Shown here: one piece after another, positions 12,201-25,779 of the stretch | Numbering within the stretch: position 1 is the stretch's first letter | How the letters are laid out: each line of letters begins with the position of its first letter | Assembly: GCA_951406725.2 (NCBI GenBank) | Contig: OX597814.1 | Location: 126,232,001-126,296,000 of the forward strand | Reading direction: 5' to 3' | Source of the DNA: Octopus vulgaris | Taxonomy: Eukaryota | Length of the DNA stretch: 64,000 nt | Notes under the pieces: generated by a model | Database searches by the model: none | What the model saw: the letters and a program-made list of their open reading frames with translations, nothing else | Told to the model about the DNA's origin: nothing | Program-made: the position numbers and the translations under genes

Positions 12201-14112
12201 GTAACTTTCTTCCTAAAGATCTGCACTGAATTTTTGCAGACACTGTCAATATTTATTGAGCAATTTCCAAATATCATCTGGTTAAAATAGTATATTTCCC
12301 ACATAATGGATTTGCTTTATCATGAAAAAGTGCCACACATTCATTCAATTGTTCATTAACACAAAGACTACACAAATAATAGCCACCCTCCTTGCTTTTG
12401 TGTGATCTACACATATAATACAAATGATATGAAAATATCATGTGTCTTTACATGAAAATAGAATACATTACATATTTCTGCATGGAAAAACTAAATAAGT
12501 GAATATGTGAATTTTGTACAGATGCATTTATCTAGATCCTATATCTCCATGTGTGTTCAGATATTATGGAAACAGTTATATTTGTTGAAAATTATCGAGC
12601 AGAAATGTTACATAGATTTAAAGAGGATCACTACATCAACAATAGTAGATTCAAAACATAAGAGTAGATGGAAAAGAGATCAGGTGACTTTTAGGAAAAA
12701 TAAGTTGAGAAATGAGAGAAAGAGGCAAGATTGAGCAGGAAAGAGATGGCAGAGTAAAGATGAAGATCTAAAGAATAAGAACTTCAGAAGTAGGTGTATT
12801 CATGTAGTTTTAGTTCTGTGAAGGTGATGTTTCCCAGTTTCACACTATGCTTCTCTGGTTGCCTCTATCTCCCTACATCTCTCAATTAGAGTTTAAATAG
12901 AGGTCTTGATTCTATAGTTTTTTGAGAATTTTCCTTTTCTCTGTTGTGCAGAGATCACATCAGTTTCCAGTAGAGTAAGGTTTAGATTTTTTAATGATGA
13001 TTTAATTCCATTTAATTCCATAACATGAAGCTTATTCTTTTAATTGCTGGATGTTATCAGTTGATTTTGTTGTGTTCTTTTTTTTTTTATGTGTCTAAAG
13101 GAGTATGATTTATATGCCACTTGTAGTTTGGATTTTATAAAGGTGACCTTTACTTCGTAAATAATAGCTTCTGTGTTGCAGATATTTGTGTTTCTACATG
13201 ATCAGGTAGCTTTAGTTTTGTTTGTGTGTATGTGTATGTGATGTATTTTTCATGTTTATGGTACAACTGTAAGCTTAATTTCAAGTCAAGTCTGTTAACA
13301 CTTTTTCTATATTCATAGTTTAGCAGGAGCATATTTGTCTATTAAGATTTAAAAGTGTCTTAATATATTGGATTGTCTTACCATATTACATTTAAAATTT
13401 AAGAAAAATGAGCGGTGTAAACCATATATACCAGCACCTCTTTTCTATTCTTTGTGAAGATAGCAAAGTGAGTAGATCATTTTCTCTTTGAATTCACAAG
13501 CTAGTAAAGTGTTATTGGGAGTTAGATTGAAAATCCTTCTGCCAATATTGATGTCCTTAAAAGCTATGGGATTTGGCATGTAAGATTTTTTAATTGAGCT
13601 TTAGTTGTAAAATCTAGTGTAACAGCAAAGAATTCAACTGTAGTTGAGTTAGCGACTACAATTCTTTTACATCAAAAGCACTAAAAGTGTGGATGATGTA
13701 CTTAATTTGTCTAATTCTTTTTATATTTGTTTGTTATAGATTACCAACCCATCATCTCTGCAATGACCAGAGTCTGTTTTAAATAATTTTTTTGTAAATA
13801 TAACTAAGATGTGAAATTGTATATAGATTACATATATTCATGTTATATGATCTAGAGTTTACATCCAAGAAATTTCTGATGTCAGGTTTTTGTTTTTCCC
13901 CCAGGTAGAGTTCTCATTGAAAGTCGGGGCTTTACTGGCATGCACTATTATTTCCATATTGTCATCTATCATATTGTCACTCAGCAAATTATTTTGTGCT
14001 GCATTTAATTTTTTACATTTATAGAGTTATAAAATTCAGCAATATCAAATTGACTGAATGCTGAATTTGTTTGTAGATGTGTTTATTATCAGTACTACTG
14101 AACCAGCTTTAA

Positions 14113-14332
14113 CCCTTTCAATACCAACCCAGCTAAAACCGGTTCTAGCTCTCAGTACAAATGTCTTGTTTTCATAAGTTTTGAATTAAAATCTTCCACC
14201 AAACTTGAGTCACAATTTATGTTCCTAACACTAGCTGAATGATAACTAAGTTATTTTACTAAATTCTTTGTTATATTTAAAGTAATTGAAAGAAACACAG
14301 AGCATCTCAAAATAAATACAGTAACGAAAAGG
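14113..14332 (+). mobile_element. piggyBac-type MITE (220 bp)
   Basis: TTAA (14109-14112) CCCTTTC...GAAAAGG TTAA (14333-14336); short imperfect TIRs; near-identical reversed copy at 55432-55645. Confidence 0.85.
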
Positions 14333-15259
14333 TTAAACATCATTCCTATTATTCCATTGTTATTGATCTTTCTCTTATTATTACTGGTATTCTTTCAATT
14401 TTTTTTTTTTTTACTAAATAATTCTGTCTTGAATTTAGCTGGATAAATTGACCTGCATTTAAGATTTGGTACAATTTTTTTATGGTCCTTAGTTGTTATA
14501 AATTTTTGGCACTAAGTTGCCTGCTTCTTGTAGGCTCAAGTCAGTCACTTGTGATGCCTGTTATTGGGAAGAGGCATGGTTCAAGATATTAAGCTGTTGT
14601 ACCCCATCTGTGTGTGGTGGCTCTGTTGCCAAATCATCTCTTTTTTTACAATTCTCTCATGGTTACCCTTTGAGAGTTGCCCCTCTTGCTGGTTCACCTC
14701 AATTTACTACACATTGTTCATCCAGATGATGCCCTGGATTGATGTTTCAATCCAGAACTGTGGGAACAGCCAGCCTTTTCAATGATAACTTTCTGTGTCC
14801 TCCTTTCTTTGTGGAGTGTATCAAAAATAATTTTTTTGGACACCGTAAGATCAAAAGTTTTGTCCATGATTGCAACACTATGATTTTCTTTTAAAAAATA
14901 TTACACATATCATAAAAACAATAATCACATGCAAATATTGATTGAGGAAATATAATGCAAATTTGCTGAAACGGTATTATTGTCTTATATTGAGATCAGC
15001 AGAATTCACCTATTTGTCTATACACTTACACTTGTTAGTCTACTGTAATCATTCTTGAAATTAGTCAGAATGTTCATAGATAAAACTGAAACATTACTGC
15101 CACATTTATTGTGCATAAGAATAATAACTTTTATTTGAATATTCATTCTTTTGGTTTTAATATTCTAATTTTATATTACACATTTGTATATATGTATGGA
15201 ATAAAATATCTATTATGTAATTTAATATAATGTATAAAACATTTATATATATTAATAAT

Positions 15260-15386
15260 ATCATCATTGTCATCATCATTTAACGTCTGCTTTCCATGCT
15301 AGCATGGGTTGGATTATTTGACTGAGGACTGGTGAACCAGATGGCTGCACCAGGCTCCAATCTGATCTGGCAGAGTTTCTACAGCT
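15260..15386 (-). mobile_element. RTE-tail element fragment
   Basis: (ATC)n followed by tttaacgtctgctttccatgctagcatgggttgg..., reverse complement of the 5316-5703 3' end. Confidence 0.8.
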
Positions 15387-17109
15387 TATGAACAAAAGAG
15401 GAAGTGAGTTTTCAATATGTGATTTAGAGTATTTATACTGAATTAATTTTATTGGGACTTGAGTTCTATGTCATTGCAATCATCAGGTGAACTGTGTCAA
15501 TAGGATCTTCAAGCTTGTTTTACACTGGATGGAACAGTTTCATTCTTTAGTGTATGACTGCCATTTTCATTGGTCACTTATAGACATATTTTTTAAGGTG
15601 GTGACTATAGTTGCTACTATTTCTTTTATTCCATTTTCATTGGTTGGCTTCACTGTCCACTTTGTCTTTTTTATACTTGTCATGTTAGTACTTTTCATTG
15701 ACCAGTTCAACAGACATCCTGTGCCTGTCTTTTTCATATCAATATATTTTACCCAATTTGTTTATCTTTATGTTGCTTTTTATTGACTAATTCAAGGGTT
15801 GTCCTATTTCTGGTTAATAGTTTTGTAATCCTATACAGTTTTGAAAAACTGTTTATTTGTTTACTGTTTTTCATTAGTGGGTGACTCCCACCCCACTCTT
15901 CTCTAGCTGTCATAATTTCCTGTTTTGGTATAAAAATTTATTTTCTTATCACTTTTCATTGCCCTGTCTGTGTTTGTTATTTATGTCATCATATCCTGTG
16001 CCATAAAGTTGCCATTTTGTCTATTTTATTGTATGGCAAATTATTTTTTTTATCTGATATAGCTAAAGATATGTTTTCATATACTCCATGGTAATTTGTA
16101 TTTTATATCTAATGTCACTAAATTCTCGTTCTTTCTTTGGATTAATTTGTTGGTTACTTTGTTTTATTGTTCCATTACCAATTGCATGTCATGTCTCTGC
16201 TGCCTTTCCATTGCTATTGCATCAACAGATAGTTACTCTGTTTGTAGTTCAGAGTTGGTTTTCAAAATGAGTTTATTTTGATATCCGCAGCATGTTATCA
16301 CTTCGATTTTGTTGAGTAATCTTATGTGTTGTGCAAGTTGTGTTATAACTTTCTGTTGTTCAGACTAGCCTATTCTAAACACAGTAACATGATAAAAAAT
16401 GAGATATATAATTAAAAACTAATGACAGATATTAGGGAAGCTGATCAATGAAATGGGAACAACCAGCGAACTGTCTTATAAATAGAGAAGTTGGCAACGA
16501 TAAATGGTTCTTCATAGAACATTCAGAATTTAGGCAATGAAAATTATAGCTATGTATACAAGAATTAACTTACTCCAAGGTATGTTAGCCTGTCTTTTAT
16601 GTTTTACAACTCTTTACAGTACCATTTCACATATCATCTTCTGCCTGGTTGAGACCTTGCACCTGCCACAGAATTGGTCTTTCTGTCAGCAGGTTATCTC
16701 ATAAAATTTTCCAGTTACTCTCCAGTAATAAGCCACTATAACCTACCTATCATCTGCAGTGACAATTAGAACTTCTTTGAATGTACAAATGACTTTCTTT
16801 TGTCTCTGAGGCTGTATAGCTTTTACACTGAAGTTACAAATCACTAACTTACGAGGAGTGATATATTCTTCACCAGGGAAAACTTAGAACTTACAACTGC
16901 TTCTTGGTGAGAATAAAATCTGTTTAGCTTTAGTGTTTGTTTGCTTGCAAATAGGTAGGTCTCTGCATTTAAAAACATCAGAGATATTGGACTCCACTCC
17001 ATACTACAGCCTCCATATATATGCTGGAGACACCATCAAAATGTTGTACAATATCTATTAAGAAATTTGGGACAACACTTTGATATCAAATATCTACTAA
17101 GAACCCATA

Positions 17110-17314
17110 AGGCAGTGAGCTAGCAGAATCATTAGTACACCAGGCAAAATGCTTAGCAGCATTTCATCTGTCTTTATGTTCTGAGTTCAAATTCTGCTAT
17201 GGTCAACTTTGCCTTTGATCTTTTTGGGGTTAATAAAATAAGTAGCAGTCAGGCTCTGGGGTCAGTGTAATTGACTTATCCAAATTTGCTGATCTTGTAC
17301 TAAAATTTGAACTT
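17110..17314 (+). mobile_element. tRNA-type SINE
   Basis: ggcagtgagctagcagaatcattag...gagttcaaattc (B-box-like)...aactttgcctttgatc. Diverged ~20-bp TSD aatatctactaagaacccata (17089-17109) / aatatctattgagaaccata (17315-17334). Confidence 0.85.
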
Positions 17315-19019
17315 AATATCTATTGAGAACCATAGCCATGATAATGAGGTTGTCATCTTTCATTATTGAAGGTAGTCTGCAGGATGGCCTTATAAGACGT
17401 TCTATTCATCTTCAAAACATGTTTGTGGTATATATGTGGAGATACTCTGACTACCTCAATTATATTATCTATCCATTTTACTGTTTATAATATATCAGCT
17501 CCCTCTCTGTTTCACCTTTTAGCAATTCTGTTTTGAACATGGCAGGAAGGGGAGGATCTTTAGTGGTGTGTTGGTAGATTTGTATCTGTTCTCCGCATTT
17601 AAAACGATATACTATATAATATTTATTGATGGTTGCTATGCTCTATATTATAGATAGCTGCTGTGCTATGTAATAGTAGGTTACTGGATTGAAAACATCT
17701 AAAATGTAAGCGTGTTACTGATTTAAATATGGCATTGCATTAGAACAAGCATTAATTCAGCAATAAGTTGTTTTATTTATTTATTTTTCATACCAATATC
17801 AAAGAACATAAAGTTTCTGATGAGAAACTGAGATTTGGCTTACACTGTACTATTAAATGTATTGAAGATGCTTCCCTTTGGATCCTGTAATGAGATTCCA
17901 TCAATTCTCCTTAATTAGTCTTCTCTGGTGTAGTTTGCTGACTTTACATGTCATCATATCATGAAGATATTAATTTACATCACAAAGATATTTTCAAAAC
18001 AATGTTACCTGAGTTTTGTGTAATGATCTGTGGAAACAAAATTAGATTTCTATCTTGAAACAATAAAATAATCAGCAAGTTTCCAATGATTTTATTCCTA
18101 TTTCCAATATTCCTTCAACTGACGTTATTGACAAAAATTCTGAAACTATAATGTAATTCTGAAACTGTTTTCTAAGTGTAGCATTGTAGGATATAAATCA
18201 ATAAAGGAATTTTTGAAATATTTAAGTTGATTTCTTCAAAATATGTCTCTCTTTAAGCTGTTTAAATCTCCTTGTGATCATTGATATCTTCCAATATTCT
18301 AGCAAGTGTTACCATAGTGATTTTATAAAAATGGCTTGTCATGCTGGAAAAATTTTTCTGAATTATTCTTATGTTCTTTTATGCTTGTAATCTGTAAATA
18401 TTATATAGAAATAAATCTGTGCTTTCCAAGATTTCTATTTTACTGTTAAATAATTCTTCCATTTTGGACCATGTTCAAATTTGCCTAAAATTTTCAAAAC
18501 AGAATTAATATTTCACAAAATGCTGATTTTCCAGAATTTAGAGAATCATGAGAAACGAGAAAAAAAAATGATGACTCTTCTTCACTTACTCACCTCTGTA
18601 GGCTTTATACATCCCCCACATGTATATAATCACTAACTTGCTTGAACTAGCAGTCAAATCTCTCTCAAATAACCCTTTACTATCCATATTGTAAAAATGT
18701 AGTCATAGATATACTGTCTGGAAAAATAGGTTGGTCATTGTTGCAATGCCTTGAATCATAGATCTAGGTGAGAACAGACCTGAACTAAACATACACCCAT
18801 CATAAACACATGCATACATACGTATATATTTGAAGTTGCATTTGTAGGAATCATTACTTGGAATTTCTCATTCCTGATCCCACTCACCAGAAAAGTGAAA
18901 ATGAAAAACCTCAAGTAGCAACATCCTTTTGAATTAATATTATTTCATTCCACCAAACAGTACTAGGCACCTTGTTTACTTACACATACACACTTTATAC
19001 ACATGAGAACATATGCATT

Positions 19020-19057
19020 TCTTTATATATATATGTATTTGTGTGTGTGTGTGTATG

Positions 19058-19106
<49 letters not shown>
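19020..19106. repeat. (TG)/(TA) microsatellite
   Basis: Direct reading; abuts the hairpin at 19109. Confidence 0.95.
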
Positions 19107-19108
<2 letters not shown>

Positions 19109-19110
<2 letters not shown>

Positions 19111-19280
19111 ACTTAGACTCTGATGTCTTTTCAGGGGATTGATTCCACAAGGTAAAGGATACCAATGTCTTTACCTTGTGGAATCAGTCACTTGTAAAGA
19201 CATCGGAGTCCAAGTTTTAATCTTTTGAGCACTACTAAGTGTTTTCTATATGGAGAATCTCTGAATCTCATCTGTGAACC
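19109..19280 (+). mobile_element. Fold-back element (hairpin 19109-19217 plus tail), probable Penelope-like remnant
   Basis: 49-bp arms (19109-19157, 19169-19217) with 6 mismatches, 11-nt loop, TA repeats on both sides of the whole unit. Confidence 0.6.
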
Positions 19281-19584
19281 ATATATATAGGAATGTGTAC
19301 ATATTTATATATGCATCCGTGCTAGCATGGAAAACGGACCTTAAACGATGATGATGATGATGATGTATGTGTTTTTGTTCCCTTGTCTTGACATCACATG
19401 ATACTTATAAACAAGCATCACCATCATACAAGTGGTATCATTTGTTTACAATCTTCCATGAAGATATATTGACCATGAGAAAATGTTTCCAACAGATGAA
19501 GGTGGGCATAATTAGAATTTGTGCCTCAATGAATGTATGCAAGCATGGAAAATTTAACATTAAAAGAAAGATATATTAAGTCAT

Positions 19585-19772
19585 TTGACACCAACCCACT
19601 TAATAATGACCTTGATTCTATGGCATAAACTTACTGTTATCAAGTGATTTTGATTATAATCTTAAATTCAAATTTTGTATGCTGAAGTTATTTTAAATTG
19701 TTATTCATTATTTTTTATATTAATTGAAATGAAGGGGTTGTATTTCAACAGAAACATGATGACAGAAGAATT
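19585..19772 (+). mobile_element. Old diverged relative of the TTAA MITE
   Basis: Patchy similarity to 14113-14332 (accaaccc...aagttatttt...taattgaaa). Confidence 0.45.
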
Positions 19773-20151
19773 AGACTAATCAATGAAAAATGATGGTTTA
19801 TTTTCTTATTGAAATTTAAGATTCAATTTCATAGATTTCTGTTTTGATAAAAACACTAAATTAACAAATGAATGAATATGGTGTTATAGTTTAGTTGACC
19901 TCTCCCCACAAATAATGAACTAATTAAACTAATTCTGTATATGAGTGTGACTTTTACTTATCAGTCTTGTGTAAGCTTACCACTGACCTTGTGGAACCAT
20001 TACTCATCTGTTCCCTTTGCCGTCCTTACAACTCTTCAAACCATAAGAGTACATTCTACCAATTCTTGCATTGTTCTATATGCTCTAAACCTAACAAAGG
20101 CCATACCTGTCATCATGCCAATTAGTAGTGTAATGTACTTTATCTTACTTC

Positions 20152-20207
20152 TTTGTGATAACCAATTTGTGATAACCAATTTGTGATAACCAATTTGTGA
20201 TAACCAA
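20152..20207. repeat. 14-bp tandem repeat x4 (tttgtgataaccaa)
   Basis: Four perfect units, followed by a partial inverted unit tggttgtcaca. Confidence 0.95.
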
Positions 20208-20401
20208 TATGGTTGTCACAGAACAATATGTACCTGAAACATTTTCTCTTTTCACATCAGATTTTGCTCTGAATAAGCCTTTAAACATGTTTGTTCATTG
20301 TTTTACATAAGAATTTTCCATGTCAAACATTAACTTTTAATTATCTGGATTGAGATCTTCAAGCTAGATTGTTGTATCAGTGCATTTATAGGTGCTCCTC
20401 A

Positions 20402-21295
20402 TGACTTCGACTTCTTTACAGTCTACAGTACATAACAATCTTCTTACTGTCACTACTAGTCTCCTATAGATAAAACTTCCCAACAATCTTCCCACACCAT
20501 CAACATTCAGATGTACGTAATGTTTTCTAAGAACAGAAATACTAACTATACCCTACAGTAGAGTAAAGGAATTGATAATCTGTTCTCATCTAACATGACT
20601 ATGATATAAACACTGCACCTTTCAAAACAATATATCTGCATCACTACACCACCATCACCACCACATTAGCAATACTGGCTACAGATATGACTGTAGTGTT
20701 AAGAAGATCACTTTACAACTGCATGGATTCCACTGCATGTCACCTTGAAGTGTTTTCAACCATTGACCTCTGCCTTGGCTTCCTGGGTGAACCTTGTTAA
20801 ACAGAAACAATGTGTAAGTCCCTTTTTTTGTGTGTGTGATAGACTTAATATTTGCATGGTTTAGAACCACCTGCTACATAGTTGATTTAATGAATTTCAC
20901 TGTAAGCTTTTAGATCAGGGTTCCAATCTGAAAATAACTTTCTTCTTTCCAACAATTACTGTGATCCTGAAAAGTGTCACTGCAACTTTTGTTCCTTTAA
21001 ATTATTAAAAATATACACAACTAAAACCTTTCAATTCATACAATTCATGAACTTCACAATCGTTTCTAATTTTTATAATCATCAATTTACTGCTCCCGTA
21101 ACCAGAAGTGACTTCAAAACCTATTGCATATTTGGTTCATAATAAGAATCAGAAAGACATTCTCAGCTTCATGGTACCTTCTCTTGACTTAGACTTCTTT
21201 ACAGTCTTCAGTACATAACAGTCTTATTACTGTCGCTACTAGTCTCTTATAGATAAAACTTCCCAACAATCTTCCCACACCATCAACATTCAGAT
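20402..21295 (+). repeat. 111-bp direct repeat pair (20402-20512 and 21185-21295)
   Basis: tgacttcgacttctttacagtc...catcaacattcagat occurs twice, with 6 substitutions counted and a 672-bp spacer. Confidence 0.92.
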
Positions 21296-23454
21296 ATTCT
21301 GCTCTGGTGTCCTCTTTTTCTCTCTTAAGCCTGTTTCTGTTATGGCTTCAGCTAATTGTCAAGAGTTCACATCTAACATTAACGCTATCAATACTATTCA
21401 GTTATTTCTCTCCTCCAATTGATGAAGGCCTGAAAAGTTAAATCAACAGCCCTTCTTCCACAAATTCATGAAAAAAAAATTTTCATTTCTGGTAAAGTAA
21501 CCTTTCATCTACTAACAGTCATATCTTTTACAGTAAACTCATTTTAAAAACCTATTTCTTGCTTTTAGCATTTTGAGAAATGATCAAAACATATTTTTTC
21601 CAGTGGAGACAGAAAATTTCTAAACTTACTTTTATATTCCATTATCAGCTCTTATATTGGTACATTTTTAATGTGAGCTAATGCAAATATTGTTTCATGT
21701 TTTTTAATAATGGATATGTAAGTATTTATCTCTGTAATACAAATCCATCTTTCTATTTTGTATAGCAAGTAAACATGCTGCAACCATTATTTTTGTCTAG
21801 ATAGCTCCATGTTAACATTAAAAAAGAAAATGTAGTATATTTTTCTCTATGTTTTCATATCAATTATTTATGAATATGCTTATTTATGTTATTGTCAATT
21901 TTTCACAAAGCCTTTTTATGTTAAACATAAAACAGAAATCCTTGATTTGGAATTTGTTTTAGGAATTATATTCCAATAAAATCCTTGATAGGTGTAGGAT
22001 TAAAATATATAGTCTAATTCAAAGGAATTCAATGATGCCACTTAACCTACCAAACTATATGCCAAATATATTTTCTCTCTACTTATTTGTTTTGCTTTCC
22101 TGTAACTAGAGTAGGAGACTTACCATAAACCCATTGTTGTTCTTCAGCTTTCATAAAACTCCTACTTAGTAAAATTATTACATCAGCTATATAAATTTTG
22201 CAAGCACTTCAGTTATGTCAACCTGCATATCAATGTGTGTGTGTGTACATATATGTATATGAGTGTGCATATAAACATGCACATATATAAGCACATAGAC
22301 ACATACACTTGTGCTTACACACATTGTCACCATGTTTATTTATTTGTCTTTTTTTTGTTTGTTTGCTTTTTAGCCTGCCTTTCTATGCAAATTGTCATAA
22401 TCTCAACCAGCTTTTATTTGGAGTTGCTGCCCTCTTAGATGGGACCAAAATTACATCGCTCTCTTGCTTTCTGCTTTTGGTATGGTCTCTATGGCTTGAT
22501 ATGCTTCTTATTGCTTACCACTTTATTGAGCGTACTGAATGCATTTCTTATTGTGGTACCAGCACTAGTGATGTTGTCTTCTCCCTGGGAAGACTAAAGA
22601 TTTCTCTGTACTATATGTGTCTTTGGGTTCATTTCTTTCCTTACACAAGTGATAAAAAAAGAATTAGTGCAAGAAGGGTGTAAGAACAGAACCAAAAGGA
22701 CAGGAACAAGAAAGTGATAGATAGCTACATGAAGGTTGTTGGTAAGGGGATTGAATAGAAATAATATCATTCAGAGTGTATTAAAAGAGAGTGATGAAAG
22801 CAGATCAGAGTGAGGGGTGATGAAAGTGAGGGTTAAAGGAAGAGAACAAGAGCAGTAATAGTGAGAAAGTGATACAGGAGAGAGTAAAGGATGAGACAGA
22901 TGATAGATAATTACATGATGATTGTTGGCAAGGAGAGAGAATAATAGGATGGAGCCGGTGATTGAATAGGCAGTTCTGATAGTGAGGAGAGGGATGGATA
23001 TCCAATGATGGTGGAGGGTGTAATGTGAGAGAGAGTTATGGACAACAATCATTATGGGTGATGGTAAGAAAGTAGAAGTTGTTGGGTATCAGTAATGAGT
23101 AATAGGGGAGTAATGGATAAGGAGGTTATAACTAGTAATAAAGATGGATGATGATAAGAGAGGATTGTATTTGGACAGTTCCAATACAATGCCATCCTTC
23201 ATTACATAGGTGGCACAATAGGAGAGAGATAGAGTGATAATAAGAAAGTACATTGATTAATGAGTGAAGTGAGTGATAGATGAGAGAGTAACAAAGGGAG
23301 GGAGACTTGATCTAAACATAATAGCTAAGTAAGACTTTAATATAGATGTACATTCTAATCCCCATCATGACCACCACCATAATTTCTTTTATGTCCTTTT
23401 TACTATGCTTATTTAGTAAAGTGAGACCTCTCTATTGCAGTACTTCACTTCAAT

Positions 23455-24130
23455 TTGGAGTCTCTTGACACCACTCTCATGTCTTCCTTGTTCCATCAAC
23501 TTAGAGTGCTTGGCACTTCTTTGTACAACTGAGATCCTGTATGCACATCATGAGCCCATTCCAGCACAATCTTCTCTCGCGCACACGACATCTGATTCCT
23601 CTTCTATGTAGTTTTTTATTTTGTACTTTATTATTCATGCTCACTAACATTACACATTTAAAGCCTATGACTTACTATCATGTACCATCACATTGTGTAC
23701 ACAAGCATTGTATCATCTATCCTGCCTTTATTCAAAGAAGAAATTGCTTTGTTGAAAACAGAGGTAATAAGCTCCTTGATAATTTTCACTATGTTCTTAC
23801 TCTAGCAGCTAAGCTTACGGGACTCCCATTTCTATTGTTACTTAGGTCACCCAGGTAACAAAAGCTACTAACTACTTCAAACTTATATTTGACATGTACT
23901 CTTATTGCTAACTGCCCTTCTGCATCTGTCATATATAAAGTTTACTTACCCTGTCCTTCTTGTGATCCTACTACACCACTTGAACACCAATGGTTTACAC
24001 TAGATATACCTACCACATACCAATCCAACGAACTCCATTAGTCTTTGCTTAGTTTACTTTAAAGCTTTTAGATTCTGGGCTTTATTTCCAGGTTTACTAT
24101 TTCAACTTTAACTGTTTGATTGACTCAACT
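23455..24130 (-). mobile_element. Degraded RTE ORF fragment
   Basis: Minus strand gives EVVSSFCYLGDL and GIRCRV../RRLCWNG..CTKKCQAL, colinear with the other RTE copies. Confidence 0.65.
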
Positions 24131-24975
24131 ATGAAATCTTGGTCATCATCAACATTGTCAGCATTTCAATCTCCAGTTTTCTGTGCTGGTACGGGTCATG
24201 GTGTTCATTGAGGTAGATTCTCTGTAGATGGATGTCTTTCCTGTTGCCAATCCACACCGCTTTCCCAGCAAGAAAATATTTTCTCATGGTCAAACATATT
24301 TTTGCAGAAGACTGGAAACAAATTATGCATTTTCATATGCTAGTAGCACTCATTTACACCGATCATGCAATGTTGAGACAAAGACATACATACACATGCA
24401 CACACATACATATACATACACACACACTGTGTGTCCAGACACATGTTTTTGACATTCAGATACATATAGAAGACTGTGTTCTCATTATGAGTTCACCAGC
24501 AGACCAACAAAGAGACTGGTAATTGTATGTTGCTCTTTATATATACCATAACACAGAAAGCAATGATGTATGAAAACAGCCAAATTATAAAAAAAAAAAT
24601 TCACATATGCAATTTTCTACACAATGTGAGAACTCTGAAATTGCTGATATGAATATTGAAAATATAAATTTAAATTTAACCTATGGAAATGAAGTGTTAT
24701 AGTGGTAGGTAAAGAAAAAATATTATTTTCGTGCAAAGCAATTAAGGAGATATTTCAATAATAGTGAAAAGAATCAGATTTAGAGTTATAATATTTACAA
24801 AGTTATATAAGAATTGCAAGTACAAAGAAATCCTTGAAAATATAATCAAACCACTTATTAAGATAAATATTTTTTTTATATATGTATATATACATATATC
24901 ATCATCATCATTTAATGTCTACTTTTCCATGCTTGCGTAAGTTGGGTGGAATTTGTTGATGCAGATTTTATATAT

Positions 24976-25112
24976 AGGCGTGGCTGTGTGTTTAAGAAGC
25001 TTGTTTCTCAGACATATAGTTTTCAGCATGGCACTTTGAGTAAGTGTCTTCCATTTCCAATGCCAACCAAAGCTTTAGAGCGAACTTAATGGATGGAAAC
25101 TGAAAGAAGCAC
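24976..25112 (+). mobile_element. Second tRNA-type SINE family, degraded copy
   Basis: ggcgtggctgtgtgtttaagaagcttg...ggcactttgagtaagtgtcttc...ccaaagc...ggaaactgaaagaagc; homologous copies at 41485 and 48650. Confidence 0.7.
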
Positions 25113-25129
25113 ATAAAATGTACCTCTCT

Positions 25130-25434
25130 ATATACATTATTAGCAATGAGAACACTGTTAATACCAAAATGTAATCTTTATATCCAATTAAACATAGATG
25201 CCATGCTAGAACACTGAATGTTGCGTTGTTAGCCTTGAGAGGTCTTCTTGTAAAGACATGTGGTGCATAAAACCAGACAAAATTCATGTCATAAGCATTG
25301 GAATTTCATCTGCTATGATCTGTGTGTATGTGCTTTTATGCAGTAAGCACCCATGCAAGAGGATCACTCAAGGCTAATAATGCAGTATCTGGTGTTCTAA
25401 CAAGGCATTCATGTTCAGTTGGATATAAAGATTA

Positions 25435-25435
<1 letters not shown>
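25130..25435. mobile_element. Fold-back element (~100-bp arms 25171-25272 / 25334-25435) next to (TA)n
   Basis: The inverted arms show up in the ORF track too (LKANNA...GYKDY on both strands); TA repeat starts at 25437. Confidence 0.6.
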
Positions 25436-25482
<47 letters not shown>

Positions 25483-25779
25483 TAATATATATATATATGG
25501 TAATATAAGTAATATTTATCTCCATTTAAAAGTAGTCAGAAGACAAAATACTGTGTTATTTACTATGAGAGTAAATAAGCACTCATGTTTATACAACTAG
25601 CAAGAGATAATCATCCACTATCACTGCCAGGACTGCCAGATCATGTGATTTCAGCCTTCCTTTGGTCTTGTTGATGGCAGACACCCAAAGATAGAGATAG
25701 CAACAAGTCCTCCATCAGTGATATACATAGAATCTGTGTCTACTCAGGCACTGCTGAAGGAGAAATCACTGCTGTCTCT

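Noticed and set aside
20152-20207. Short repeated unit as a CRISPR array
   Set aside because: No spacers, 14-bp head-to-tail units, eukaryotic context.
24459-24518. Possible small + strand exon (cattcag|ATACAT...GACTG|gtaatt)
   Set aside because: Weak pyrimidine tract, adjoins a repeat, and the peptide shows no LDLR-family resemblance.
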